Under the pieces are notes generated by a model. That model was not told the DNA's origin, searched no databases, and saw only the letters and a program-made list of their open reading frames with translations. From assembly GCA_902627245.1 (NCBI GenBank), contig CACOIH010000004.1:8041-72040 (forward strand): a stretch of DNA of 64,000 bases, written 5' to 3'. The position numbers were made by a program, and so were the translations under genes. Of the stretch, positions 27,762-37,082 are shown in pieces (position 1 is the stretch's first letter; each line of letters opens with the position of its first letter). The DNA comes from an uncultured Alphaproteobacteria bacterium (GTDB taxonomy: Bacteria > Pseudomonadota > Alphaproteobacteria > HIMB59 > GCA-002718135).

Positions 27762-28199
27762 ATGTCTAATATTTTGCACATTGCATATGGAACCCAAACA
27801 GGTACTGCTGAAGAATTAGCCTTTGATATAGAAAAACAATCTAAAGAAAAAGGTGTTGATTGCCAAGTATTTGAACTTGATGACATTACGATGGATAAGC
27901 TTCAAAATATTAATAAATTAATGATTGTAACATCAACCACTGGCGATGGAGAAGTTCCAGATAATGGAATATCATTTTGGGAAAATTTATCAGCATCTAC
28001 TGAACTGAGTATCTCTAACTTAAATTATGGTGTTCTAGCACTTGGTGATTCGTCCCATTATGACTTTTGTAATGCTGGAAAAATAATTGATGAAAAATTA
28101 AAAGATCTTGGAGCAAATAGAATCATAGATAGACAGGAATGTGATTTTGATACTGAAGGATCAATGGAATGGTCTGAAAAATTTTTAACTTTAATATAA
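27762..28199 (+). CDS. Short-chain flavodoxin
   Basis: YGTQTGTAE, TSTTGDGEVPDN, LGDSSHYDFCNAG. Confidence 0.88.
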   Translation: MSNILHIAYGTQTGTAEELAFDIEKQSKEKGVDCQVFELDDITMDKLQNINKLMIVTSTTGDGEVPDNGISFWENLSASTELSISNLNYGVLALGDSSHYDFCNAGKIIDEKLKDLGANRIIDRQECDFDTEGSMEWSEKFLTLI

Positions 28200-28200
28200 T

Positions 28201-29340
28201 TTAACCTTTTACAGAACCTGCTACTAAACCTCTTATAAAATACCTTTGTAAAGCAAAGAATATAAATAGGGGCACTGTCATTGAAACAAATGCACCAGTA
28301 GTTAAAATTTCCCAATTTTCTCCTCTTGAACCAAGCAATTCTTTTAATTTTGCTGTAAGGATTATTTCACTAGGAACCTGATCTAAAAAAACCAAACCAA
28401 CCAATAAGTCATTCCAACACCATAAAAATTGCAAAATAAAAATAGAAGCAAATGCGGGTATGGATAGAGGAATTATTATTCTAATAAAAATATCATAGTG
28501 TGAAGCCCCATCGACTTTTGCTGCTTCCATCATCTCGTTAGGAAGTGACTTTATAAAATTTCTCAACAAAAAAGTTGTAGAAGCAAGTCCAAATCCTGTA
28601 TGAGCCATCCAAACTCCAGGATAAGATTTTGATGCTACACCAAATAAGGCCCCAAAATCATTGTAGATAGTTAATATCGGTATTAAAGACATTTGCAATG
28701 GAACTACAAGAGAAGCAATTATAATAGCCAAAAGAGTATCTCTTCCAAAAAATTTCATCCAGGTAAGTGCATATGCAAAAAATGAACATATTATTAGTGG
28801 AATAAGTGTTGAAGGTAATGCTACAGCAGTTGTATTCAAAAAGGCTTGGCCTATTCCTTCTTTAAATAAAACTTCTTTATAGTTATCAAGTGTAAATGAA
28901 GGAGGGCTAAGAGAAGTTATAAAAAGCCTTTTCCCCTTTTTCTTTGTAAACTCATTATTTGATTTCCATATATACTCCCCACTTTCATTTACTGTTACTT
29001 GAGTATCATCTTTAAAAGTTGCAATTTCGCCTACTATAAATTCATTTATTTTTTTTGAAGTAATTCCGAATGATTCTATTTTTTTTCCTGAGTTATGATC
29101 AAATAATTTTCCTTTAATAACAAAATAGTCGTTTTCTTTAATTTGTGACTCCATTCCAGACATTCTATAGATTTCATTTACCTTAGTAGTTGTTAAAGAC
29201 GTCCACCACCCACTAATAGCTAGGAGATCTTTATCTCTTAATGAGCTAATAAAAAGACCAAATGTAGGCATGATCCAAACAATTACAAAGAGTAATAATA
29301 AAAACTGAGATAAAATTGATGTTATAGAAAACTTTTTCAT
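28201..29340 (-). CDS. aglG: Alpha-glucoside ABC transporter permease
   Basis: SSLRDKD...SGWW with a large periplasmic insert, EAAKVDGAS, WNDLLV, GLVAGSVKG. Confidence 0.85.
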   Translation of the reverse strand: MKKFSITSILSQFLLLLFVIVWIMPTFGLFISSLRDKDLLAISGWWTSLTTTKVNEIYRMSGMESQIKENDYFVIKGKLFDHNSGKKIESFGITSKKINEFIVGEIATFKDDTQVTVNESGEYIWKSNNEFTKKKGKRLFITSLSPPSFTLDNYKEVLFKEGIGQAFLNTTAVALPSTLIPLIICSFFAYALTWMKFFGRDTLLAIIIASLVVPLQMSLIPILTIYNDFGALFGVASKSYPGVWMAHTGFGLASTTFLLRNFIKSLPNEMMEAAKVDGASHYDIFIRIIIPLSIPAFASIFILQFLWCWNDLLVGLVFLDQVPSEIILTAKLKELLGSRGENWEILTTGAFVSMTVPLFIFFALQRYFIRGLVAGSVKG

Positions 29341-30323
29341 TAAATTTTTTGCTCTTGCTTATGTTTATATAAATTCCAGGCTAAAATAGGAATTACGCCA
29401 ATCATAATGACAAATGCTAACACACTTCCCCTTCCTGAGTCACCGCCACCTCTAAACATCCAGTCATACATTAAATTTGCTAATACACCTGTTTGCCATT
29501 CCCCATTAGTCATAGCAAAAATAATATCAAAGATCTTTAGAACAAGTATTGTGATTATGGTCCAAATGACTAAGATTGTTTGTTCTAGATATGGTATTAT
29601 TATTGAAAAAAAAATTCTAACTTCACTGGCACCATCAATTCTTGCTGCCTCTAACATTTCCTTTGGTATACCTCGAAGAGCAGCACTAAATATTACAAGT
29701 GCTAATCCAGTTTGAATCCAAATCATTATAGCCATTAAGAATATATTATTCCAAACTGGTATTGTTAACCACGCTTGAGGTTCATATCCTAAATATACAA
29801 TTACAGCATTTAATAATCCAATTTGTGTATCCCCTGGCCCTCTATACTCGTAAATAAATTTCCAAATCACACCAGCTCCAACAAAAGAAATTGCCATCGG
29901 CATAAATATTATTGATTTTGCAATAGATCCCCACCAAATTCTGTCAGCTAGATTAGCAATTACTAATCCAAAAAAGGTACTGAATGTTGGAACAATCAAC
30001 AGCCAACCAATATTATTTAAAATACTTCTTCTAAATTCAGGATCATTTACAGCCCATTTATAATTGTAAAATCCAACAAATTCTCTTCCAAACTTATCGT
30101 AAAAACTTAGTCTTATTGTTTCAAAGACTGGATATAAAATAAAAATAAATAAGATTATAAATGCAGGAGCAATAAATATTATAACTCTTACTGAATTTTC
30201 AAAACCATATTGTTTATTTGTTTTTTTTCCATAGTAATCTAAAAAAGAATTTGAAATGTGAAAGTATAAAATAAAAACTATAATTCCCAAAAAAACAATA
30301 AAGAATAAATTAATTAAACTCAT
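29340..30323 (-). CDS. aglF: Alpha-glucoside ABC transporter permease
   Basis: AKSIIFMPMAISFVGA, QIGLLNA, WIQTG, EAARIDGA. Confidence 0.85.
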   Translation of the reverse strand: MSLINLFFIVFLGIIVFILYFHISNSFLDYYGKKTNKQYGFENSVRVIIFIAPAFIILFIFILYPVFETIRLSFYDKFGREFVGFYNYKWAVNDPEFRRSILNNIGWLLIVPTFSTFFGLVIANLADRIWWGSIAKSIIFMPMAISFVGAGVIWKFIYEYRGPGDTQIGLLNAVIVYLGYEPQAWLTIPVWNNIFLMAIMIWIQTGLALVIFSAALRGIPKEMLEAARIDGASEVRIFFSIIIPYLEQTILVIWTIITILVLKIFDIIFAMTNGEWQTGVLANLMYDWMFRGGGDSGRGSVLAFVIMIGVIPILAWNLYKHKQEQKI

Positions 30324-30339
30324 CCTATGGTAAATATAT

Positions 30340-30377
30340 AAAAAAAACAGGCGAACAAGTTAATTGTCCGCCTGTTT
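30340..30377 (-). terminator. Intrinsic terminator/attenuating hairpin after aglE
   Basis: AAACAGGCG(A)ACAA...TTGT(C)CGCCTGTTT; the mismatch is a G-U pair on the minus strand, followed by a U-tract. Confidence 0.78.
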
Positions 30378-30388
30378 ATAGAGGAATA

Positions 30389-31696
30389 TTATTTAATTGC
30401 GTCCCAACTATCTTGGATCGCATCAGCTACATCTTGAGCAGACTTTCCATTAGTATAGTCAACCATACCTGTCCAGAAAGTGCCAGCTCCAATTGCACCT
30501 GGCATTAAATCTGAAGCATCAAATCTAAAAGTTGTTGCTCCAGTTAAGATTTCTCCTAATTTTCTAAAAGTATCACTAGCATATTTGCTTCCATCGACAC
30601 CTTTATGAGGAGTTAAGAAGCCACCTTTAGCCATCCAATACTCATGAGCTTCAGGATGCATTAAGAACTTAATAAACTCAATAGTTGCAGCATTATCGTT
30701 TGTTGCAGCTACTAAAGTTCCAGCACCAAGTACCGGAGTACCAAGATCTTTTGTTGCATATGCAGGGAAGTAGAAGAAATCATAATCTACACCAGCTTCA
30801 ACACCTTCAGGAAAGAAAGCTGGTATAAAACTTGCTTGTCTGTGCATCATGCATTCAGCAGGGGATGTAAATAAACCATTTGGTGCATCTCTAAAATCAG
30901 TAGTTGCAACAGCTTTAGATCCACCATTTACAAATTTGTCATTCAATGCGAACGTTCCAAAGAAATTCATAGCTTCAATAACTCTAGGATCATTAAATGG
31001 CATTTCGTTAGATACCCACATGTCATAAACATCAGGAGTATGTGTTCTTAACATAATATCTTCCATCCAGTCAGTTGCAGGCCAACCAGTTGCGGCACCT
31101 GAACCTAGGCCAATACACCACGGTGTATTTCCATCTGAAGCCATTTTTCTTGTTAAAGCAATTAATTCTTCCATTGTTTCAGGAACTTCATAGCCATTAT
31201 CTTCAAAGTTATCTGGTGAATACCAAACTAAACTTTTTACATTTGTTCTAAAGAAAATAGCATTAAATTGATCATTTCCATTTTCATCTGCATATGTAGA
31301 AAGATCAATCCAAGATTGACCTGCAGCATAGTTATCTAATACCATCTGTCTAATATCATCTCCAAGTGGCACAAGACCACCCATAGCAGCAGCATTCGCA
31401 GCTAAACCAGGTTGTGGAAATACAACTAAATCAGCAGCACTACCTGCTTTTAGATCGATCATTACTTGTTGTTCAAAACTATCTGAACCCCCATATTCAA
31501 ATGTAGCTCCAGTAGCTTTTTCAAAAATAGCTCCAACTTCTCTCATAATTTCTTGCTCAGGTGATAACCAAGGGCCAAACATTACAACTTTTTGACCGCT
31601 TAGATCTGGGCCCGTATAATGTCCTCCTGCAAAAGCAGAAAAGCTAATAAAAAATGATGAGAAAGCAGCTAATATTAATTTAAATAAATTTTTCAT
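30389..31696 (-). CDS. aglE: Alpha-glucoside ABC substrate-binding protein
   Basis: FPQPG, KSLVWY, PWCIGLGSGAATGWPATDW.ED, HRQASF, FRFDASDLMP. Confidence 0.88.
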   Translation of the reverse strand: MKNLFKLILAAFSSFFISFSAFAGGHYTGPDLSGQKVVMFGPWLSPEQEIMREVGAIFEKATGATFEYGGSDSFEQQVMIDLKAGSAADLVVFPQPGLAANAAAMGGLVPLGDDIRQMVLDNYAAGQSWIDLSTYADENGNDQFNAIFFRTNVKSLVWYSPDNFEDNGYEVPETMEELIALTRKMASDGNTPWCIGLGSGAATGWPATDWMEDIMLRTHTPDVYDMWVSNEMPFNDPRVIEAMNFFGTFALNDKFVNGGSKAVATTDFRDAPNGLFTSPAECMMHRQASFIPAFFPEGVEAGVDYDFFYFPAYATKDLGTPVLGAGTLVAATNDNAATIEFIKFLMHPEAHEYWMAKGGFLTPHKGVDGSKYASDTFRKLGEILTGATTFRFDASDLMPGAIGAGTFWTGMVDYTNGKSAQDVADAIQDSWDAIK

Positions 31697-31732
31697 TGCT
31701 CCTCCATATTTATAAATATGATTATATATTTT

Positions 31733-31754
31733 ACCAAAACGTTTTGGTTGTCAA
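31733..31754 (-). promoter_or_regulatory. LacI-family operator (site 1) abutting a consensus -35 box
   Basis: Perfect 16-bp palindrome ACCAAAACGTTTTGGT (31733-31748) between divergent aglE and lacI. TTGACA on the minus strand at 31754-31749. Confidence 0.85.
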
Positions 31755-31797
31755 TTTTTCTTTATAATCAATGGTTAATAAGTTATGCATAAAATTC

Positions 31798-32817
31798 ATG
31801 AATATAAAGCAATTGGCTAAAAAACTAGATTTATCAATAACCACTGTTTCAAGGGCTTTAGGTGGTTATTCAGATGTTAGCGAAAAAACTAGAAAAAGAG
31901 TAAAAAAATTTGCATTAAAATACAGTTATAGTCCCAATCCTTATGCAAGTGTTCTAGCTTCTGGGAAAACAAAGACTGTAGGGTATGTCCTTCCGATATA
32001 CGGACTAAATACTAGCACATTGAACCAAGCTAACTTTTTCCAATTTATTTCAGGTATGTCTGATGCGCTATTATCCGAAAGTATTCAATTACAGATTTTA
32101 TTTGCAAAAAGTGAAAATGAGGAAATTGAGTCTTATAAAAAATTAATTTTAGAACAAAAAATCGAAAATATTGTCCTACAAAATATTAAAACTAAAGATA
32201 GACGTATTAATTTACTTAATAAATATAAAGTTAATTATGTGGCTTGGGGAAAAACTAAATCTAATAACAATTTTTCATGGGTAGATTTAGATAATGCAGG
32301 TGCTATTGAAACTATAGTAAATTATTTAATTAAAAAAAAACACAAACATATTTCTTATATTAACATTTCTGAAAAATATAACTTTGCCAGTGAACGAAAA
32401 AATTCTTTTTTAGAAGTATTAAAAAAAAATCATATAATCTTTAATAAAAATTATTATGCTTCTGTAAGATTAGAGGAACCTGAGAAAAGTTTTGAGGTAA
32501 TTAAAGAAATGTTGTTAAAAAATAAAAAAATATCAGCAATAATATGTTCTACTGAGTTTTCAGCACTAAGCGCGATTAAGGCGTGTAATTCTTTAAATTT
32601 AAAAATAGGACATGATATTTCAATAATAACATTCGATGGTCCCTTGGTTAGAGATTTAAGTACACCACCATTGACCGCTGTATCATTTCCGGTCAAAGAG
32701 CTTGGTAAAAAAGCAATTAATATACTTTTAAATAGGGATAAAAATCAAAATAAAATGGAAAATTTTCTCGCTAATGTTGAAATTATAGAAAGAGGATCAG
32801 TACATACATGCAAATAA
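31798..32817 (+). CDS. LacI family transcriptional regulator (AglR-like)
   Basis: IKQLAKKLDLSITTVSRAL HTH, YSPN, DISIITFD, PPLTAV, ERGS. Start moved to ATG 31798. Confidence 0.92.
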   Translation: MNIKQLAKKLDLSITTVSRALGGYSDVSEKTRKRVKKFALKYSYSPNPYASVLASGKTKTVGYVLPIYGLNTSTLNQANFFQFISGMSDALLSESIQLQILFAKSENEEIESYKKLILEQKIENIVLQNIKTKDRRINLLNKYKVNYVAWGKTKSNNNFSWVDLDNAGAIETIVNYLIKKKHKHISYINISEKYNFASERKNSFLEVLKKNHIIFNKNYYASVRLEEPEKSFEVIKEMLLKNKKISAIICSTEFSALSAIKACNSLNLKIGHDISIITFDGPLVRDLSTPPLTAVSFPVKELGKKAINILLNRDKNQNKMENFLANVEIIERGSVHTCK

Positions 32818-32883
32818 TTAAATATTTAATTTTTATTGATAATTCCCATTTAATACTGCAGTAATCAGGTTTATAGGATCACA

Positions 32884-34179
32884 ATGAAATTAGCTATTGT
32901 TGGTACAGGTTATGTAGGATTAGTCTCCGGTGCATGCTTTGCTGAGTTTGGGTATCAAACTGTTTGTATAGATAAAGATAAATCCAGAATAGAAAGTCTA
33001 AAATCAGGTAAATGCCCCTTTTATGAACCAGGTATGGATAATTTGTTATCAAAACATCTAAATATTACAAAACGGCTATCTTTTTCTACGTCCTTAAGTA
33101 ATACTCTTAAAGATGCGGACTTAGTTTTTATTACTGTGGGAACACCAAGTAAAAGAATAGACGATGATGCAGATCTAAGCTACGTATGGTCAGTCGCAAA
33201 CGATATTGGTAAAAATATAAAAAAATATTCTGTAATAGTTACAAAGTCAACAGTACCTGTTGGAACATCAAAAGAAATAAAAAAAATTATTAGCAATTAT
33301 GTATCAGAAGAACTTTTTGATGTTGTATCAAATCCTGAATTTTTAAGAGAAGGTTCGGCTATTGATGATTTCATGAGACCCGATAGGGTTGTTGTGGGTA
33401 CTGAAAATAAAATATCAGAAAAGATTATGAAAGAACTTTACAGACCTTTATTTCTTAAGGAAACACCTGTATTTTCTACATCAATTGAAACTGCTGAGAT
33501 TATAAAATATGCATCAAATAGTTTTTTAGCTACAAAAATTGGTTTTATAAATGAAGTTGCAGATTTATGTGAAGCTGTCGGAGCAAATGTTCAAGACGTA
33601 TCAAAGGCTATGGGAATTGATCAAAGAATTGGTTCTAAATTTCTAAATGCTGGCCCTGGATACGGAGGCTCTTGTTTTCCAAAAGATGTAAAGGCTTTTT
33701 CATCTACTGCTAAAAAATTTAAAGTGAATTTATCTATTATAAATGCCGTTCATGAATCTAATGAGAATAGAATAAAAAACATTGTTGAGAAAATAATAAT
33801 TAATGTTGATAATAAATGTACAATATCTTTTTTGGGTTTAAGCTTTAAACCTAATACTGATGATATTAGAGAATCATCATCTTTAAAGCTAGCTAATAAA
33901 TTATCAGAAAAAGGTTATACAATAAATTGCTTTGATCCAGTTGCTATGGATAATGCAAAAAAGGAGTTTTATAATTTAAATTATTTTAATTCAGCATATG
34001 AAGCTTGTGCTAATGTTGACGCTATAGTCATTGGAACAGAATGGAATGAGTTTAGAGCACTTAATTTCTCTAAAATTAGCAAAATAGTAAAAACAAAAAA
34101 AATTTTTGACCTACGAAATATCTACGATGGATCAGAATTAGAAAGAATTGGTTTTGAGTATTATGGTACAGGAAAATAA
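32884..34179 (+). CDS. ugd: UDP-glucose 6-dehydrogenase
   Basis: GTGYVGL, KSTVPVGT, SNPEFLREG, GYGGSCFPKD, FKPNTDD.RES. Confidence 0.95.
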   Translation: MKLAIVGTGYVGLVSGACFAEFGYQTVCIDKDKSRIESLKSGKCPFYEPGMDNLLSKHLNITKRLSFSTSLSNTLKDADLVFITVGTPSKRIDDDADLSYVWSVANDIGKNIKKYSVIVTKSTVPVGTSKEIKKIISNYVSEELFDVVSNPEFLREGSAIDDFMRPDRVVVGTENKISEKIMKELYRPLFLKETPVFSTSIETAEIIKYASNSFLATKIGFINEVADLCEAVGANVQDVSKAMGIDQRIGSKFLNAGPGYGGSCFPKDVKAFSSTAKKFKVNLSIINAVHESNENRIKNIVEKIIINVDNKCTISFLGLSFKPNTDDIRESSSLKLANKLSEKGYTINCFDPVAMDNAKKEFYNLNYFNSAYEACANVDAIVIGTEWNEFRALNFSKISKIVKTKKIFDLRNIYDGSELERIGFEYYGTGK

Positions 34180-35569
34180 ATATCAAATTGAAGAGTTTGA
34201 TCCTGAAGTTTTAAGAGAATATGATATCAGAGGCATTGTAGGTAAAAATATTACAGAAAATACTGCATACACTATAGGTAGAATTTTTGGAAATGTTGTT
34301 TATGAAGAGCTTCAGTCTAATAAAATATCTCTTGGTTATGATGGTCGCTTAACATCTCCTAAATTATATAAAGCTTTAAGTACTGGATTAATTGACTCTG
34401 GTGCTAGTGTAATGAGCATAGGTATTTGTCCTACACCAATGTTGTATTTTGCCGACTATCATCTGGATACAGATGCAGCATTAATGATAACTGGATCTCA
34501 TAATCCGTCTGAATACAATGGCTTTAAAATGGTATTAAACAAACATAGTTTTTTTAGTGAAAATATTCAAAAATTTAAATACTTAGTTAAAAGTATAAAC
34601 CCCAAAAAGAAAAAAGGCACAATTAAAAAAGTTAATGTTAAAGATGCTTACATTGAAAGAATTCTCAAAAATATATCTATAAAAGAAAATTTAAAAATAA
34701 GTTGGGATATTGGTAATGGCGCAATGGGTGTAATCATCAATAAACTAATTAAAAATCTTAAAAATACAGAAAATATATTATTAAATGAAGAAGTAGATGG
34801 TAATTTCCCTAATCATCATCCCGATCCTACTGTACCAAAAAATATGGCACAACTGATTGATTCAGTTAAAAGAAATAAATGTGATATCGGTTTAGCTTTT
34901 GATGGTGATGGTGACAGACTTGGTGTTGTAGATAATATTGGAAATATTGTATGGGCAGATCAATATATGTTAGTTTTGTGCTCAGAAATATCTAAATTAT
35001 ATGAGAAACCTAAAGTTATAATGGATGTTAAATGTAGCAAAGTATTTTTTGATGAAGCAAAAAAAATAGGTTGTGAGCCATTAATGGAAAGAACAGGGCA
35101 TTCACCTATAAAAGAAAAAATGAGGGAAATCAAATCACCCTTATCTGGGGAAATGAGTGGTCATGTTTGTTATGGTGATGATTTTTACGGATATGACGAT
35201 GCAATGTACGTTGGATTGAGATTGTTAAGAATTTTGAGTAAAGATAATCTAAATTTAAACCAAATAATAAGTAAATATCCCAAAACCTTTTCTACACCAG
35301 AAACCCGCTTTGATGTCGATGAAACAAGAAAATTTAAAATAATTGAAGATATAAAAGAAAGACTTCTAAATTTTAAAGGTAACATAATAGATATAGACGG
35401 TATTAGAGTTGAAACAGAAGAGGGATGGTTCTTAATGCGTGCGAGTAATACTCAAAATCAACTAACATGTAGAGTTGAGTCAATTTCTATGGAAGGATTA
35501 AAAAAGCTAATTAATGTTGTAGAGAGTCAACTTGCTTTAAGTAATGTAGATTTTAAATTTACAATCTAA
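34163..35569 (+). CDS. Phosphomannomutase/phosphoglucomutase (AlgC/ExoC-like)
   Basis: REYDIRG, TGSHNP, FDGDGDR, GEMSGH, RASNTQ. ATG 34163 preferred over the upstream TTG. Confidence 0.93.
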   Translation: MVQENKYQIEEFDPEVLREYDIRGIVGKNITENTAYTIGRIFGNVVYEELQSNKISLGYDGRLTSPKLYKALSTGLIDSGASVMSIGICPTPMLYFADYHLDTDAALMITGSHNPSEYNGFKMVLNKHSFFSENIQKFKYLVKSINPKKKKGTIKKVNVKDAYIERILKNISIKENLKISWDIGNGAMGVIINKLIKNLKNTENILLNEEVDGNFPNHHPDPTVPKNMAQLIDSVKRNKCDIGLAFDGDGDRLGVVDNIGNIVWADQYMLVLCSEISKLYEKPKVIMDVKCSKVFFDEAKKIGCEPLMERTGHSPIKEKMREIKSPLSGEMSGHVCYGDDFYGYDDAMYVGLRLLRILSKDNLNLNQIISKYPKTFSTPETRFDVDETRKFKIIEDIKERLLNFKGNIIDIDGIRVETEEGWFLMRASNTQNQLTCRVESISMEGLKKLINVVESQLALSNVDFKFTI

Positions 35570-36677
35570 CAAAACAATCCCTACCATATTTAGCCAATCT
35601 TCTACAAGCTTGATAAGCATCTTTTTTATTAAAATCAGTGAACCTTGACTCATAAAGTTTTTTTCCCGATACCTCTATAAACACTACCTTTGCTTCTTTA
35701 CCATTGGTACTAACTGGGTATTTTTTTTGAATTAATTTGATTTGTTTTTCAGCATTTTTTCTATATTTAAATGTGCCTACTACAATTGAATATTTATTTT
35801 GATTTACTAGTTTTTGTTTTTTTGTATCGTTTGTATTTTTGACTCTTTTTATTGTTGAATTTTCAATATTTAATTTTTTAAACGCACTATTCATATAAAA
35901 TTCAAGACGATCATTTCGCTGTTTACCTGTATCGCCACCAAAATACACTCCTATTACTCTTTTATTATTTCTTACTGCTGAAAAAGCTAATTGAAACCCA
36001 GATGCTTTTATGTATCCAGTTTTTATTCCATCAGCACCAACATATTTTAACATTAATTTATTATGAGTTTTATAAACCTTGCCTTTCCATTTAAATGAAG
36101 TTTGACTGAATAATTCATACTCCTCAGGAAAGTTAGTTATTAGAGCATTTGATAATTTATAAATATCTCTTGCTGTAGTCAATTGCGCTCTATTCGGAAG
36201 TCCTGAAGCATTTTTAAATGTCGTATTATTCATGCCAATATTTCTTGCATACTTAGTCATTAACTTTGCAAATTCTCTTTCTGTGCCACTAATCTTTTCA
36301 GACACAACTGTGGCAACATCATTTGCAGATTTAATAATAAGAGCATTGATGGCATCTTTAACTTTAATGGTACTGCCTTGTTCTAAATATAACTTACTTG
36401 GTGATCTTGAAGCAGCAGTTGATGAAACTATCATTTCATCTTCATAATTTAATTTACCTTTTTTAATATAATCAAATACAATGTATAACGTCATTATTTT
36501 TGTAAGTGACGCAGGGTAATTTTTCGTATCTGCATTTTTTTCAAATAAAACTTCACTTGTCTCAAAATCAACCACTATAGCAGCTTTTTTAGCAAGTAAA
36601 TCAATTGAAAAAGTTGTTAAAATAATAATAATTAAAAATATCTTATTTATGAGAAGTTTTTTCACTGTTATTTCCAT
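35559..36677 (-). CDS. D-alanyl-D-alanine carboxypeptidase (peptidase S11) with C-terminal SPOR-like domain
   Basis: PASLTK (SxxK), SAND, KTGY. The true start may be slightly downstream. Confidence 0.9.
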   Translation of the reverse strand: MEITVKKLLINKIFLIIIILTTFSIDLLAKKAAIVVDFETSEVLFEKNADTKNYPASLTKIMTLYIVFDYIKKGKLNYEDEMIVSSTAASRSPSKLYLEQGSTIKVKDAINALIIKSANDVATVVSEKISGTEREFAKLMTKYARNIGMNNTTFKNASGLPNRAQLTTARDIYKLSNALITNFPEEYELFSQTSFKWKGKVYKTHNKLMLKYVGADGIKTGYIKASGFQLAFSAVRNNKRVIGVYFGGDTGKQRNDRLEFYMNSAFKKLNIENSTIKRVKNTNDTKKQKLVNQNKYSIVVGTFKYRKNAEKQIKLIQKKYPVSTNGKEAKVVFIEVSGKKLYESRFTDFNKKDAYQACRRLAKYGRDCFVRL

Positions 36678-36749
36678 AACATATCCATTTCGCTCCTTAC
36701 AAACATAAAAAATGCTTTAAAATATAAAAAAAGATATTATTTAATTACT

Positions 36750-37082
36750 ATGAATTCGGACCAAAATAATAACGATAATCAAGATAAAATTCAAAGAGGG
36801 CTTTTATTAGAAACTAAGCCTAAAACAAAAAAGCCATCCATGTATAATGTATTGCTTATGAATGATGATTATACCCCTATGGAGTTTGTAGTTATGGTCT
36901 TAGAAAAAATATTTAATAAAAAATCTGAAGAAGCAACTCAAATAATGTTACATGTTCATAAGAATGGGTTAGGTGTATGTGGTACATTTACTTATGAAGT
37001 TGCTGAATCTAAATGTAAAGCTGTGATGGATCTAGCAAAAAAAAATGAGCATCCATTACAATGCACTATGGAGAAATCATAA
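36750..37082 (+). CDS. clpS: ATP-dependent Clp protease adaptor
   Basis: [26 protein letters not shown]. Confidence 0.96.
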   Translation: MNSDQNNNDNQDKIQRGLLLETKPKTKKPSMYNVLLMNDDYTPMEFVVMVLEKIFNKKSEEATQIMLHVHKNGLGVCGTFTYEVAESKCKAVMDLAKKNEHPLQCTMEKS

